IMG/VR virus record: IMGVR_UViG_2703718861_000013 | Strand: one strand, 5' to 3' | DNA: 64,000 nucleotides | Origin: a virus | Lineage: Duplodnaviria; Heunggongvirae; Uroviricota; Caudoviricetes | In this document: one piece after another, positions 29,391-39,238 of the stretch | How positions within the stretch are numbered: position 1 is the stretch's first letter | Layout: every line of letters starts with the position of its first letter | The notes under the pieces: model-generated | The model's input: only the letters and a program-made list of their open reading frames with translations | What the model was told of the DNA's origin: nothing | The model's database searches: none | Program-made: the position numbers and the translations under genes

Positions 29391-29595
29391 GAACATAAAT
29401 CCATTTTATCAATAAGATAAGAGGAAGTGTCAGCTGACAAAAGGTATTCTATTTCATCTTTTGTCAACCATTCACAGCGCTAATATACGCCTTTTTTTGT
29501 GATCACTCCGGCTTTTTTCGATCTTTATACTTGTATGGTAGTAGCTCAGTTGCGTAGATTTCATGCATCACGACAAGCGATGCAAGGAATCGAAC

Positions 29596-30810
29596 ATGAA
29601 GATCGTAAAGGCTGAAGTTTTTGTTACCTGTCCGGGGCGTAATTTCGTCACATTAAAAATCACCACTGAGGACGGTATTACGGGCCTTGGGGATGCCACC
29701 CTCAATGGACGTGAGCTTTCCGTGGCCTCTTATTTGCAGGATCACCTTTGTCCGCAGCTTATTGGTCGCGATGCGCACCGTATCGAAGATATCTGGCAGT
29801 TTTTCTATAAAGGTGCTTACTGGCGTCGCGGTCCGGTTACGATGTCGGCCATTTCAGCGGTTGATATGGCGCTGTGGGATATTAAAGCCAAAGCTGCCAA
29901 CATGCCGCTTTACCAGTTACTCGGCGGCGCGTCTCGTGAAGGGGTGATGGTTTATTGCCATACCACCGGTCACAGTATTGATGAAGCTCTGGATGATTAT
30001 GCCCGTCATCAGGAGCTGGGATTCAAAGCCATCCGCGTGCAGTGCGGAATCCCTGGTATGAAAACCACCTACGGCATGTCGAAAGGTAAAGGTCTGGCTT
30101 ATGAACCCGCAACCAAAGGACAGTGGCCGGAAGAGCAGTTGTGGTCGACGGAGAAATACCTCGATTTCATGCCGAAATTGTTTGACGCGGTACGTAACAA
30201 GTTTGGTTTTAATGAACATTTGCTGCATGACATGCACCATCGCTTAACGCCTATTGAAGCGGCGCGCTTTGGTAAAAGCATTGAAGATTATCGCATGTTC
30301 TGGATGGAAGACCCGACGCTTGCAGAAAACCAGGAATGCTTCCGTCTCATTCGCCAACATACCGTCACACCCATCGCAGTGGGTGAAGTCTTCAACAGCA
30401 TCTGGGACTGCAAACAACTGATTGAAGAGCAACTCATCGATTATATCCGCACCACGCTGACCCATGCAGGCGGAATTACCGGTATGCGCCGGATTGCCGA
30501 TTTTGCTTCGCTGTATCAGGTACGTACTGGCTCACACGGTCCTTCCGATTTGTCACCAGTCTGCATGGCTGCAGCGCTGCACTTTGATCTGTGGGTCCCC
30601 AATTTCGGTGTCCAGGAATACATGGGTTATTCCGAACAAATGCTCGAAGTCTTCCCGCACAACTGGACTTTCGATAACGGCTATATGCATCCGGGAGACA
30701 AACCGGGTCTTGGCATCGAATTCGATGAAAAGCTGGCGGCGAAATATCCCTATGAACCTGCTTATCTACCAGTCGCACGTCTGGAAGATGGCACGCTGTG
30801 GAACTGGTAA
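29596..30810 (+). CDS. rspA: starvation-sensing protein RspA (enolase superfamily, mannonate dehydratase-like)
   Basis: [40 protein letters not shown]...; start at internal Met with RBS. Confidence 0.9.
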   Translation: MKIVKAEVFVTCPGRNFVTLKITTEDGITGLGDATLNGRELSVASYLQDHLCPQLIGRDAHRIEDIWQFFYKGAYWRRGPVTMSAISAVDMALWDIKAKAANMPLYQLLGGASREGVMVYCHTTGHSIDEALDDYARHQELGFKAIRVQCGIPGMKTTYGMSKGKGLAYEPATKGQWPEEQLWSTEKYLDFMPKLFDAVRNKFGFNEHLLHDMHHRLTPIEAARFGKSIEDYRMFWMEDPTLAENQECFRLIRQHTVTPIAVGEVFNSIWDCKQLIEEQLIDYIRTTLTHAGGITGMRRIADFASLYQVRTGSHGPSDLSPVCMAAALHFDLWVPNFGVQEYMGYSEQMLEVFPHNWTFDNGYMHPGDKPGLGIEFDEKLAAKYPYEPAYLPVARLEDGTLWNW

Positions 30811-30821
30811 GGAGTAAGATA

Positions 30822-31841
30822 ATGAAAAGCATATTAATTGAAAAACCGAATCAACTGGCGATTGTCGAACGTGAAATACCCACCCCGTCAGCGGGTGAAG
30901 TACGAGTAAAAGTGAAACTTGCCGGAATTTGTGGTTCAGATAGCCATATTTATCGTGGGCATAATCCTTTTGCGAAATATCCGCGCGTCATTGGACATGA
31001 ATTCTTTGGCGTCATTGATGCGGTGGGTGACGGCGTGGAAAGCGCCAGAGTCGGTGAACGTGTTGCTGTCGATCCGGTGGTCAGCTGTGGGCATTGCTAT
31101 CCGTGCTCTATAGGTAAACCGAACGTTTGTACGACACTTGCTGTATTAGGTGTGCACGCTGACGGTGGTTTCAGTGAATATGCCGTGGTTCCGGCAAAAA
31201 ATGCGTGGAAAATTCCTGAAGCAGTGGCCGATCAATATGCGGTGATGATCGAACCTTTTACCATTGCGGCTAACGTAACCGGACATGGTCAACCGACTGA
31301 AAATGATACCGTTCTGGTTTATGGTGCCGGTCCAATCGGCCTGACGATCGTTCAGGTATTAAAAGGCGTCTATAACGTTAAAAATGTGATTGTTGCCGAT
31401 CGCATTGATGAACGACTGGAAAAAGCGAAAGAGAGCGGGGCAGACAGGGCGATTAATAACAGCCAGACACCGCTTGGCGAGATTTTCGCTGAAAAAGGCA
31501 TCAAGCCGACATTAATTATCGATGCGGCTTGTCATCCTTCTATCCTGAAAGAGGCCGTTACGCTGGCTTCTCCAGCGGCACGTATTGTATTGATGGGCTT
31601 CTCCAGTGAACCGTCTGAAGTGATTCAGCAAGGAATTACCGGAAAAGAACTCTCTATTTTCTCTTCACGCTTAAATGCAAATAAATTTCCGGTTGTTATC
31701 GACTGGTTAAGTAAAGGGTTAATTAAACCAGAAAAATTAATTACCCATACGTTTGATTTCCAGCATGTTGCTGATGCCATTAGTTTATTTGAACAGGATC
31801 AAAAACATTGCTGCAAAGTCTTACTCACTTTTTCTGAATAA
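30822..31841 (+). CDS. rspB: zinc-binding alcohol dehydrogenase-family protein RspB
   Basis: GHEFFG and GAGPIGL motifs; AAGGAG RBS. Confidence 0.9.
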   Translation: MKSILIEKPNQLAIVEREIPTPSAGEVRVKVKLAGICGSDSHIYRGHNPFAKYPRVIGHEFFGVIDAVGDGVESARVGERVAVDPVVSCGHCYPCSIGKPNVCTTLAVLGVHADGGFSEYAVVPAKNAWKIPEAVADQYAVMIEPFTIAANVTGHGQPTENDTVLVYGAGPIGLTIVQVLKGVYNVKNVIVADRIDERLEKAKESGADRAINNSQTPLGEIFAEKGIKPTLIIDAACHPSILKEAVTLASPAARIVLMGFSSEPSEVIQQGITGKELSIFSSRLNANKFPVVIDWLSKGLIKPEKLITHTFDFQHVADAISLFEQDQKHCCKVLLTFSE

Positions 31842-31898
31842 TACCAATAACGGCGAGTAAGTAGTACGCATCTTACCTCTTTTTTAGAGATAACCATT

Positions 31899-32009
31899 AT
31901 GACAATAGAAAAACATGAAAGAAGCACTAAGGATTTGGTGAAAGCAGCAGTATCGGGATGGCTGGGCACTGCGCTTGAATTTATGGATTTCAAGAGTCAT
32001 GCGTGTTAA
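31899..32009 (+). pseudogene. ydfJ: 5' fragment of ydfJ (transporter), truncated by the lambdoid prophage
   Basis: MTIEKHERSTKDLVKAAVSGWLGTALEFMDF... then stop after 36 codons; mirrors the Qin insertion site in K-12 as I recall it. Confidence 0.5.
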
Positions 32010-32028
32010 CTATTTGATAAATATTAAA

Positions 32029-33324
32029 TTAATTTTTCATTGATTCGTTATGGGGCATGGTTGGGGCAAACTCGCTTAACTGTGTATTTAACAAAGCTAC
32101 CTGTGCATTATTGTTTTCAGACATCCATTTTCCGTATACCTGAAATACCATTTGCGCATCTGCATGGCCCATCTGGTTTGCTATAAATGCCGGGTTAGCA
32201 CCAGCTGTCAGCGACCAGCAGGCATAAGTATGTCTCGACTGATATGATTTTCGATGGCGGAGTCCGGCACGTTTTATCGCTGCGTCCCACATCTGCCTTA
32301 TTGAGTCAACGGTAAAATGGTCACCATAATTTTTTACTCTCGCTGACACTTCAGGTTGAAAAACAAAGGTGCATTTTTGTTTTTCTGTTCTGCCATACTC
32401 TCTGAGGTGAACATCAATGATATGCTCTTTGCTCAGTCTCGTTAATGTCATCTGACTCCGGAGAGCGTCGATTGCTGGCTTAATAAGATGAATGGCCCGA
32501 TTGGTTCCCGCCTGTGTTTTTGGTACCGTGAAACGGTCTTTTGCTAAATTTCTCCTGATCATCATTGTTCCATTTTTCAGATCTATGTCCTCCCATCCAA
32601 GTGCACACAGCTCACCAGGGCGAACGCCAGTATAAACAGAAACACACCATAAATTTTTTGCTTGCTGATTTCTGCACGCATCGATAAGACGGATAAATTC
32701 CTCCCGCGAAAGAGGATCCGGAATGGTTCTTGATTCCTTTAATGGCGAGATCCCCTTAAACGGATTATCTGCCAGGTAACCGTTATCAACACCAAACTGG
32801 AACACGGCGTTAAGATTTGTCATGTAATTATTTACAGTTACAGCCGATCTCCCTGGTTGTGTAACAATATAGTTACTTTTGGGGATCTGGTATCCAGTCA
32901 GTAGCTCTTTACGAACCTCCAGTAATTTTTCTTTATTAATCGATGAGGCAAGATTTTTTTCACCGATTATGCTCAGGATATTTTTGATGACGGCACGGTA
33001 TGTGTTGAGTGATGTTTTGGCGACTTCAGTTTCTTTCAGTGCCAGAAATTTTTCAGCCAGTTCTTTTATGGTTAAATCTTGTCGGGCCTCACCAAATTTT
33101 TCCAGATTGCGTGAGGAGGGAAACTGTTTTGCATAGTCGAAAACACCAGTTTTTATTGCGTAACAAACAGAGGAGCGTAGTTCACCTGCAACGCGCCTGT
33201 TTTTTGCTGTGTCAGGAACCCCCAGATTTTCCCTGACTCTTACGCCTTTATAAACAAACCAGATACGTAATTTCCCTCCATGGTTTTCCACGCCTGTCGG
33301 ATATTTCATTTCAACTTCTCTCAT
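32029..33324 (-). CDS. int: prophage tyrosine integrase
   Basis: 431-aa ORF at prophage edge; C-terminal ...HRKSYQSRHTYACWSL...GH...VFQVYGKW catalytic pattern. Confidence 0.85.
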   Translation of the reverse strand: MREVEMKYPTGVENHGGKLRIWFVYKGVRVRENLGVPDTAKNRRVAGELRSSVCYAIKTGVFDYAKQFPSSRNLEKFGEARQDLTIKELAEKFLALKETEVAKTSLNTYRAVIKNILSIIGEKNLASSINKEKLLEVRKELLTGYQIPKSNYIVTQPGRSAVTVNNYMTNLNAVFQFGVDNGYLADNPFKGISPLKESRTIPDPLSREEFIRLIDACRNQQAKNLWCVSVYTGVRPGELCALGWEDIDLKNGTMMIRRNLAKDRFTVPKTQAGTNRAIHLIKPAIDALRSQMTLTRLSKEHIIDVHLREYGRTEKQKCTFVFQPEVSARVKNYGDHFTVDSIRQMWDAAIKRAGLRHRKSYQSRHTYACWSLTAGANPAFIANQMGHADAQMVFQVYGKWMSENNNAQVALLNTQLSEFAPTMPHNESMKN

Positions 33325-33343
33325 TAGTTAGTGTGGCTTTTAG

Positions 33344-33595
33344 TCAAGTAAGATGACATCTTGGTCTCGCTGATGCTTGGCGCTCAATCCAGCGATCAAT
33401 TTCTTCCAGGTTGTAAAAGCATGGACTGTTATCCCATGGCATACCGTCATGAGCGACATGCTTATATTCCCTTCCTTCCATAAACGATTTTTCCCGAGCC
33501 TTTTTTAACGTACCTTTTTTTATTCCTTTCAGCGCAATTAACTGCTCTTCGGATACCCATTTGCCGGGAGAGACAATCATGATTACTTCGCTCAT
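33344..33595 (-). CDS. excisionase-like small protein
   Basis: 83-aa ORF immediately upstream of int. Confidence 0.45.
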   Translation of the reverse strand: MSEVIMIVSPGKWVSEEQLIALKGIKKGTLKKAREKSFMEGREYKHVAHDGMPWDNSPCFYNLEEIDRWIERQASARPRCHLT

Positions 33596-33667
33596 CGATT
33601 TCTTTATCTCTTACATCAGACGAGCGCCGGTTGCAGAATACCAGTCACAACCGGCGACAGTTGAACA

Positions 33668-36139
33668 TTAAGAATCAGCCTGACTCGGGATCAGTTTTTG
33701 CCAGATAACTGAAACGTATTTTGCCTGGTAACGGGCGTCATCAAGTGCATTATGGCGCTCACCTTCGAATGGAATAGCCGTTCTGGCATCGAAGTCTATG
33801 GCTTTCCCCAGCTCAACGATTGTGCGTACATCGCGATCGTTGTAGTAACGCCACGGGCAGGGGATCCCCTGCCGTTCATATGAACGGCGCAAAATCGTGT
33901 TGTCGAAGTTGGCTCCATTTCCCCAAACCTGAACAAAAAATTCACCGGAGTTTTCGTCGATAAATTCCCGCAATTGTAACAGTGCATCATCTAACGGGAT
34001 TTCATCGGTCATAATGGCAGATTGCGCTTCGCGTGATTGCTTAAGCCACCATTTAATGGTGTCCCGATCAATGACTCCGCCAGCAGTTTCCAGATCGATA
34101 GTCTTACTAAATTCCGGTCCCATATCTCCGGTTTGCGGATCGAAAAATATTGCACCTATTGAGATGATCGGGGCATCAGGATTTTTTCCCATGGTTTCAA
34201 GGTCGATCATTAGATGGTCACACGTCCTGCTGGTGGATGTGATTTCGTGATGACCGTTCACCTTAATTGGGTGATCTGCCGTCTCGCCAGTTTCATTATC
34301 GCTATTGTGATGCTGATTGCCGCCAGTGTTCTCCTTGTGTGGATGTTCAGCGCCTTCCATTTCCTCCGGATCATCTTCCTGAACTTCAACCTGATACTCT
34401 TCATCGAATGTTTCTTGGTATGTTGCGTCGCCCATCACCGCGCCACAATCAGGGCAGTTGCCGCCGCCGGTCTGACCGCAGGCGGTGCAGACCTTTTCCA
34501 CTTCCTGTTGCGCCACTGGTTCAGGCTGTTTCGTTTCTGGCTCGTTTTGTAACGCATTTGGACTGTTTTGTTCCGCTTTTTGGTAGTTCCGTTCCGATTC
34601 ATGCTGGTTCTGGTTCACAGAATCGCGGGTCTGGATCCCCTTAACCCATTTCGGATCATTCGGGTCACTAATCCCTTCAACAAATTCACCACGTGATGCA
34701 GCAAGCAACTTATCGGCGTCAGGCTGGCTGATATTGGCTGCCTGCATAATTTTGTTTACTTCGTCAGCGGTAACTTTTATCGGCTCTGGTTGTTCTGAAT
34801 CTTCAGCGGTATCTACATTTTGCGGTAAGCCCGTGTATGTGCCATTTTTTCGGGCAAAATATTCTTCTTTTGTGATTTCAGTGGCGCCAGCAGCCAGTGC
34901 CTTATCCAGACCAGAAAGTTTGTTTGCGCGACCGTATTTTTCTCCGTCCTTATCTGCGAAGAGGAAATAGAACGGCCCCTCACGCTCTACAGATGGTTCA
35001 GCTTCCGGCGCGGTTTCATTTTTTGGGATATCAGATACCTCAGTTTCCACTGCATCAGTTTGTGTTTCTGATGACTGGAGAACATCAACAGTGCCCAGGT
35101 CTGTTTCTTCATTCTCAAACACGCCCTTTGTCGTCAGGTATTCGCAGATATATTTGTTCAGTGCTACGGGATCTTTGTGAATGTCGATCGGACGCTCACG
35201 GACAAGGCCAAAAATAGTTTGGCGGTCGTAGCGAAGGGCATCAGGCTGTTTGCGCATTGATGCCGAGATACGCTTCCAGTCTTCGCGGTCGTTGTCGATA
35301 ACTTCTTTTTTTGCCCAGCGATGGATGCTGCCGTCAATGTTTCCGGCATCCACATCACCAGGCCAGAGAGCGTAGGCCAGTTCGTCATCCAGTGTTTTCC
35401 ATGTCTGCTTGTATTCGCGATGAATGGCAGCAATGACCGGGCTGATTTTTCCTGTTGAATTTTCAGTGTACTGTTGATTGGCTCTGGCGCGGGCGAGATC
35501 AACAACAGACGTGTATTTTCCGGTTTCCTTGCGTTCACCTTCGCGACGTTTTTTCCAGATGCGCATCTCTGCCTGAATTTCGGGCCATTTAGCACCAGGA
35601 ATACATTTATGCTTAACCCACCCAATGGCGTGCAACTTAAGCTCCGGATACATGGCGTTAACTTCTGGCATTTTCATCAACGCTTCAACGATATGTCCGT
35701 CGAATGTTGCCATGTCTTCCTGCAACAATTCCTGTGCGCTAATAACCATATCAACGGTGATGTTTTCACATGTGTCGAACTTAACCATGACAGCGTTCTG
35801 TACTTCAGGGGCCAGCTTGTCAAAAGTGACGTTCATCGGATCGGATTCAGTCTCAACCGGGACAAAAGAAGCAGACTCCTCATCCCAGCGGTTTTCCTGC
35901 ATATATTCAGCATCCCATGAATCGAGGGCAGGGCGGGGTATGCCAGGTTTATCCTCGCAGACAATAAATTTATAAGCGCAGTCCTGAGCAGCCGGATAAT
36001 GTTCCAGGAATTGCCAGTGAAATTTTGCTCGAGCACGGCGTTCGTCGCCAGCTTCAATGGCTGTGGCTACAGCCACAGCGCCTTCTTCCCTTGTTGCCAG
36101 TTCGTCAGGAATAGCGGCGCAAATAAAGACTTTACTCAT
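33668..36139 (-). CDS. prophage exonuclease, C-terminal DnaQ/ExoX-like 3'-5' exonuclease domain, internal zinc ribbon
   Basis: 823 aa; ...HLMIDLETMG..., ...WGNGANFD..., ...HNALDDARYQA motifs; CTACGQTGGGNCPDCG. Confidence 0.6.
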   Translation of the reverse strand: MSKVFICAAIPDELATREEGAVAVATAIEAGDERRARAKFHWQFLEHYPAAQDCAYKFIVCEDKPGIPRPALDSWDAEYMQENRWDEESASFVPVETESDPMNVTFDKLAPEVQNAVMVKFDTCENITVDMVISAQELLQEDMATFDGHIVEALMKMPEVNAMYPELKLHAIGWVKHKCIPGAKWPEIQAEMRIWKKRREGERKETGKYTSVVDLARARANQQYTENSTGKISPVIAAIHREYKQTWKTLDDELAYALWPGDVDAGNIDGSIHRWAKKEVIDNDREDWKRISASMRKQPDALRYDRQTIFGLVRERPIDIHKDPVALNKYICEYLTTKGVFENEETDLGTVDVLQSSETQTDAVETEVSDIPKNETAPEAEPSVEREGPFYFLFADKDGEKYGRANKLSGLDKALAAGATEITKEEYFARKNGTYTGLPQNVDTAEDSEQPEPIKVTADEVNKIMQAANISQPDADKLLAASRGEFVEGISDPNDPKWVKGIQTRDSVNQNQHESERNYQKAEQNSPNALQNEPETKQPEPVAQQEVEKVCTACGQTGGGNCPDCGAVMGDATYQETFDEEYQVEVQEDDPEEMEGAEHPHKENTGGNQHHNSDNETGETADHPIKVNGHHEITSTSRTCDHLMIDLETMGKNPDAPIISIGAIFFDPQTGDMGPEFSKTIDLETAGGVIDRDTIKWWLKQSREAQSAIMTDEIPLDDALLQLREFIDENSGEFFVQVWGNGANFDNTILRRSYERQGIPCPWRYYNDRDVRTIVELGKAIDFDARTAIPFEGERHNALDDARYQAKYVSVIWQKLIPSQADS

Positions 36140-36232
36140 TTTGTTTTAACCTCATGACAGATTTAAGGATGAACAAATCCCTGCCATTGCTGGCATATAA
36201 GAATGAAACCGGATATTTATTACGGAACTGTT

Positions 36233-36424
36233 TTAAAGACCTGCCGGGATTTCGATATTATCCTGGTGAATAACTTTATCGACCGGGTAACAGTTACCGG
36301 GAATTTTCTGTTCGGTTGCTGCAGTCATACACTCCTGCATTGTCCTGTGAACACTGACTGCAATATCAACTGGCACTCCGGAAACAAGAAAAACTGTCAG
36401 AACAAGCGCAAATGCTGAATTCAT
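36233..36424 (-). CDS. ydfD: YdfD-like small protein with signal peptide
   Basis: 63 aa from internal Met; downstream of dicB. Confidence 0.5.
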   Translation of the reverse strand: MNSAFALVLTVFLVSGVPVDIAVSVHRTMQECMTAATEQKIPGNCYPVDKVIHQDNIEIPAGL

Positions 36425-36609
36425 TGTGCACATCCTTTTGGCATCAGACGTAAACGAGCCAGCATTGAAACAATGCATATTTTATTTAATAGCTCCCGTT
36501 CTTGTTTTCTCTTGTTAATGGCATCTTCAGTAAATACAGGGTTACTGATAGTGACACCAATTTCAAAACAACCTTCAGACGTATTAACGTTTGGTAATAA
36601 CGTTTTCAT
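36421..36609 (-). CDS. dicB: cell division inhibitor DicB
   Basis: MKTLLPNVNTSEGCFEIGVTISNPVFTEDAINKRKQERELLNKICIVSMLARLRLMPKGCAQ recognised as DicB. Confidence 0.85.
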   Translation of the reverse strand: MKTLLPNVNTSEGCFEIGVTISNPVFTEDAINKRKQERELLNKICIVSMLARLRLMPKGCAQ

Positions 36610-36778
36610 TATCGCGTCCTCAACAATGAATTTTGTGATGCAGTGCCTGGTGCCTCCAGGTGACGTTAACCAGTTAACAATTAACGTCGGATACAGAGAA
36701 TCCACCCATAACACTGTTTTTGGTTTTAACTGTTCCGCGTGCGCTTAGCCGCATTCACCGCATCACAAAATTCACTTT

Positions 36779-36836
36779 AAAAACGGCGGCAGAGCAGTCA
36801 CGGAGTAAAACTGATACCGCCAAACGTCACCAGAAA
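36779..36836 (-). ncRNA. dicF: DicF small RNA (ftsZ-targeting)
   Basis: Minus strand reads tttctggtgacgtttggcggtatcagttttactccgtgactgctctgccgcc plus T-tract; matches DicF as remembered. Confidence 0.75.
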
Positions 36837-36867
36837 ATTGATAACAGAGGGCGTTGCAGCGGGGTTG

Positions 36868-37059
36868 TCACTTAAGCGTATGGTCAACCTGACAACTCGG
36901 TGTCCTCAACGGGGAAGGAATAACCCCGCCATACTTACCGCCGCGCCATTTTGCGGGTTGCCACAACCGGAAGCGCACGGTCGAATTAAATTTAACGACA
37001 CCGTACAGCGAGACGAACTTCGCCGTGCGCTTTCGTGTTGTGTGCCTGCTTTTAACCAC
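36868..37059 (-). CDS. ydfC: YdfC-like small protein
   Basis: 63-aa ORF upstream of dicF in the dicB operon. Confidence 0.4.
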   Translation of the reverse strand: MVKSRHTTRKRTAKFVSLYGVVKFNSTVRFRLWQPAKWRGGKYGGVIPSPLRTPSCQVDHTLK

Positions 37060-37113
37060 GTCAGGCGAGGTGGTATCCTTAAAATCACCACAGTTTTAAG
37101 GATTCATTAAGCA

Positions 37114-37434
37114 ATGTCGCAACCACCAATAAATCCGCTTAAGAACATGAAAATTGATTACTGGTATAAAGCGCTTACAGTTGTTGGCGCTGCGTTGTTT
37201 GTCTTTAATGGAACGTCTTTTTTTGACAGATATCCCGTTGTTCCATTGGGTTTTTTGTCCTCCGGCATCTTTTTTATTGGTTTGGGGGAGTGGATTAATC
37301 ACCCTCTCAAAGTGAGATTTATTGGTCCTGGAGTTTGGACTCGTGGATATAATAGTTCTTCGTGCGCACTCGGTATCATCTTCGACATACTTGGTTGTTT
37401 CCTGATTGTTACAGGAGTCGTCAAGTTCTTCTGA
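37114..37434 (+). CDS. hypothetical membrane protein (106 aa)
   Basis: ORF antisense to the dicB operon, two hydrophobic segments; coding status uncertain. Confidence 0.35.
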   Translation: MSQPPINPLKNMKIDYWYKALTVVGAALFVFNGTSFFDRYPVVPLGFLSSGIFFIGLGEWINHPLKVRFIGPGVWTRGYNSSSCALGIIFDILGCFLIVTGVVKFF

Positions 37435-37482
37435 TGTAAAACCGCAAATGGGGCACGTAACGGGAATTTTGAAAAGCGTTTC

Positions 37483-37671
37483 TCAGGGTTCCAGAACAAA
37501 ATTTTCTGCGGTCTGATTTTGCTTCTCATATTTGTGCTCCGCGTCATTGTGAGAGCACATTCTTATTCTGAGTGCCTGTTTAAACTCACTGAAGCTGAGA
37601 GCTTCTTCGCCTTCGGCAAGGCCTTCGAAGTATTCTTCGTAAGCCTTTTCCATGATTGTGTCGAAATCCAT
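37483..37671 (-). CDS. YdfB-like small acidic protein
   Basis: MDFDTIMEKAYEEYFEGLAEGEE...; operon position. Confidence 0.45.
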   Translation of the reverse strand: MDFDTIMEKAYEEYFEGLAEGEEALSFSEFKQALRIRMCSHNDAEHKYEKQNQTAENFVLEP

Positions 37672-37672
37672 A

Positions 37673-37828
37673 TCACTCACCTGAGTTTCTTTCCAGCCAG
37701 CGACGGGCACCATTTTCGGTTTTAAACGTTTTGCTTTTGGTATACGTCATCGCGGTGAACGTACCGTCCTGGTTGGGGAATACGCCACATACCAGAGATT
37801 CGTTGTTGCCAAGATCGATAGTATCCAT
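37673..37828 (-). CDS. ydfA: YdfA-like small protein (51 aa)
   Basis: MDTIDLGNNESLVCGVFPNQDGTF...; first gene of the dicB operon. Confidence 0.45.
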   Translation of the reverse strand: MDTIDLGNNESLVCGVFPNQDGTFTAMTYTKSKTFKTENGARRWLERNSGE

Positions 37829-37940
37829 GCTGACCTCATTTCCCCTTAACGCCGGGGTAGCGGAACTGTTTGCTGAGAACACCGTGCGGTGTCTTGATGG
37901 AGGTAATTTAGTTTTCTCATTGTTTTTCGTCAAGGTTTTT

Positions 37941-37963
37941 TGATGAGAAAACTCAAGTATTGG
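37941..37963. promoter_or_regulatory. operator-like palindrome tgagaaaactca in the dicB-operon promoter region
   Basis: tgatgagaaaactcaagtattgg; near-identical copy at 38476-38498. Confidence 0.55.
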
Positions 37964-38020
37964 CGCAAGATAAAGCCAATACATTGAAATGTAAGGCTTT
38001 AAAATTTTGTGAAGGGATGA

Positions 38021-38428
38021 TTATTGATGCTTGTTGCGTTTGCGAGCCTCTAATAGCTCGGTGAACAGGCGATTAAAATTCTCAACGCGGGCGCGGAGTT
38101 CGCTGAGTTGTGCTTGTTGCTCTGATTTAGGAAGTGCGCGATACAAACGCAGCATCTCTAACTCATCTTCCGATAAGTCTAAGGCACTATCGAGTGAAAC
38201 AGGGGGAGCTGGTGTTTTGTCCTCGTCGCCAAACAGTATCCAGGTTGGTGAACATTGCAATACCTCGGCGAGGCGATGCAAATTTTGCCCGCGCGGGGCT
38301 GTATGGTCACTTTCCCATAATGAAATTGATGAGCCAGATACGCCAGCAGCTTTGCTTAAACCGTTTTGACTTAAGCCTACCTGCTTACGTCTTTCTCTAA
38401 TGCGTTGACCTAAAGTTTTCTCGTTCAT
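38021..38428 (-). CDS. dicA: HTH XRE-family repressor DicA
   Basis: 135 aa; LGQRIRERRKQVGLSQNGLSKAAGVSGSSISLWE helix-turn-helix. Confidence 0.85.
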   Translation of the reverse strand: MNEKTLGQRIRERRKQVGLSQNGLSKAAGVSGSSISLWESDHTAPRGQNLHRLAEVLQCSPTWILFGDEDKTPAPPVSLDSALDLSEDELEMLRLYRALPKSEQQAQLSELRARVENFNRLFTELLEARKRNKHQ

Positions 38429-38475
38429 ATTTAGATATCTTAATAACCCTTGACTTGAGATTCCTTGAGTGATTA

Positions 38476-38498
38476 GTATTGAGAAAACTCAATATTGG
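38476..38498. promoter_or_regulatory. operator-like palindrome in the dicA/dicC divergent region, overlapping dicC -10
   Basis: tattgagaaaactcaatattgg; preceded by ttgact -35 with 17-bp spacing to tagtat. Confidence 0.55.
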
Positions 38499-38505
38499 AG
38501 GTGCG

Positions 38506-38733
38506 ATGTTTAAATCAGACGTAATTAATTTTTACGGTACGAAAGCCAAAGTAGCGAAAGCTGCTGGCGTTGACCCATCTGCTGTTTCTCAATGGCAAGA
38601 GCTGGTTCCTGAAGGTCGCGCGATGCGTCTACAGGAGGCATCTGGCGGCGAGCTTCAGTATGATCCCAAGGTTTATGACGAATATCGTAAGACGAAGCGG
38701 GCGGGGCGGTTGAACAATGAAAATCACTCCTGA
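38506..38733 (+). CDS. dicC: Cro-like regulator DicC
   Basis: ...LVPEGRAMRLQEASGGELQYDPKVYDEYRKTKRAGRLNNENHS; GGAGG RBS. Confidence 0.7.
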   Translation: MFKSDVINFYGTKAKVAKAAGVDPSAVSQWQELVPEGRAMRLQEASGGELQYDPKVYDEYRKTKRAGRLNNENHS

Positions 38734-39238
38734 ACAGGCTCGTGAGGCTCTGGATGCCTGGATATGTCGACCAGGAATGACACAGGAGCAGGCGACGATA
38801 TTAATCACTGAAGCATTCTGGGCTTTGAAAGAGCGCCCGAACATCGATGTTCAGCGTGTCACAGATGAAGGTGGCGCGGTTGATCAGCGAGCGCTTGGCG
38901 TTAATCGAGTGAAGATATTCGAACGCTGGAAGGCTATCGACACCAGGGATAAGCGTGAAAAGTTCACGGCGCTAGTGCCTGCAATTATGGAGGCTATCCG
39001 GATTAATGATTTCAGGTTGTATCGTGAAATTAGTGACGGAAAAAGCATCACGTACATGATCGCCGGGTTAAACAAAGAATATGGCGATGTGGTGGAGTCC
39101 GGACTGCTTTTTGCTGATCCTGCCGTAGTGGATCGTGAAACTGACGAACTTATAGAAAAAGCAATTGCTTTCAAACTTGCGTATCGACAGCAATACCAAC
39201 AAAAAGCTGGATGGAATTATGAGCCTTCTTTTTGCTGA
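38717..39238 (+). CDS. hypothetical early-region protein (173 aa)
   Basis: ORF following dicC. Confidence 0.4.
   Translation: MKITPEQAREALDAWICRPGMTQEQATILITEAFWALKERPNIDVQRVTDEGGAVDQRALGVNRVKIFERWKAIDTRDKREKFTALVPAIMEAIRINDFRLYREISDGKSITYMIAGLNKEYGDVVESGLLFADPAVVDRETDELIEKAIAFKLAYRQQYQQKAGWNYEPSFC

Noticed and set aside
34014-35975. Plus-strand ORFs opposite the exonuclease gene
   Set aside because: Nested antisense in a long, well-supported minus-strand ORF.
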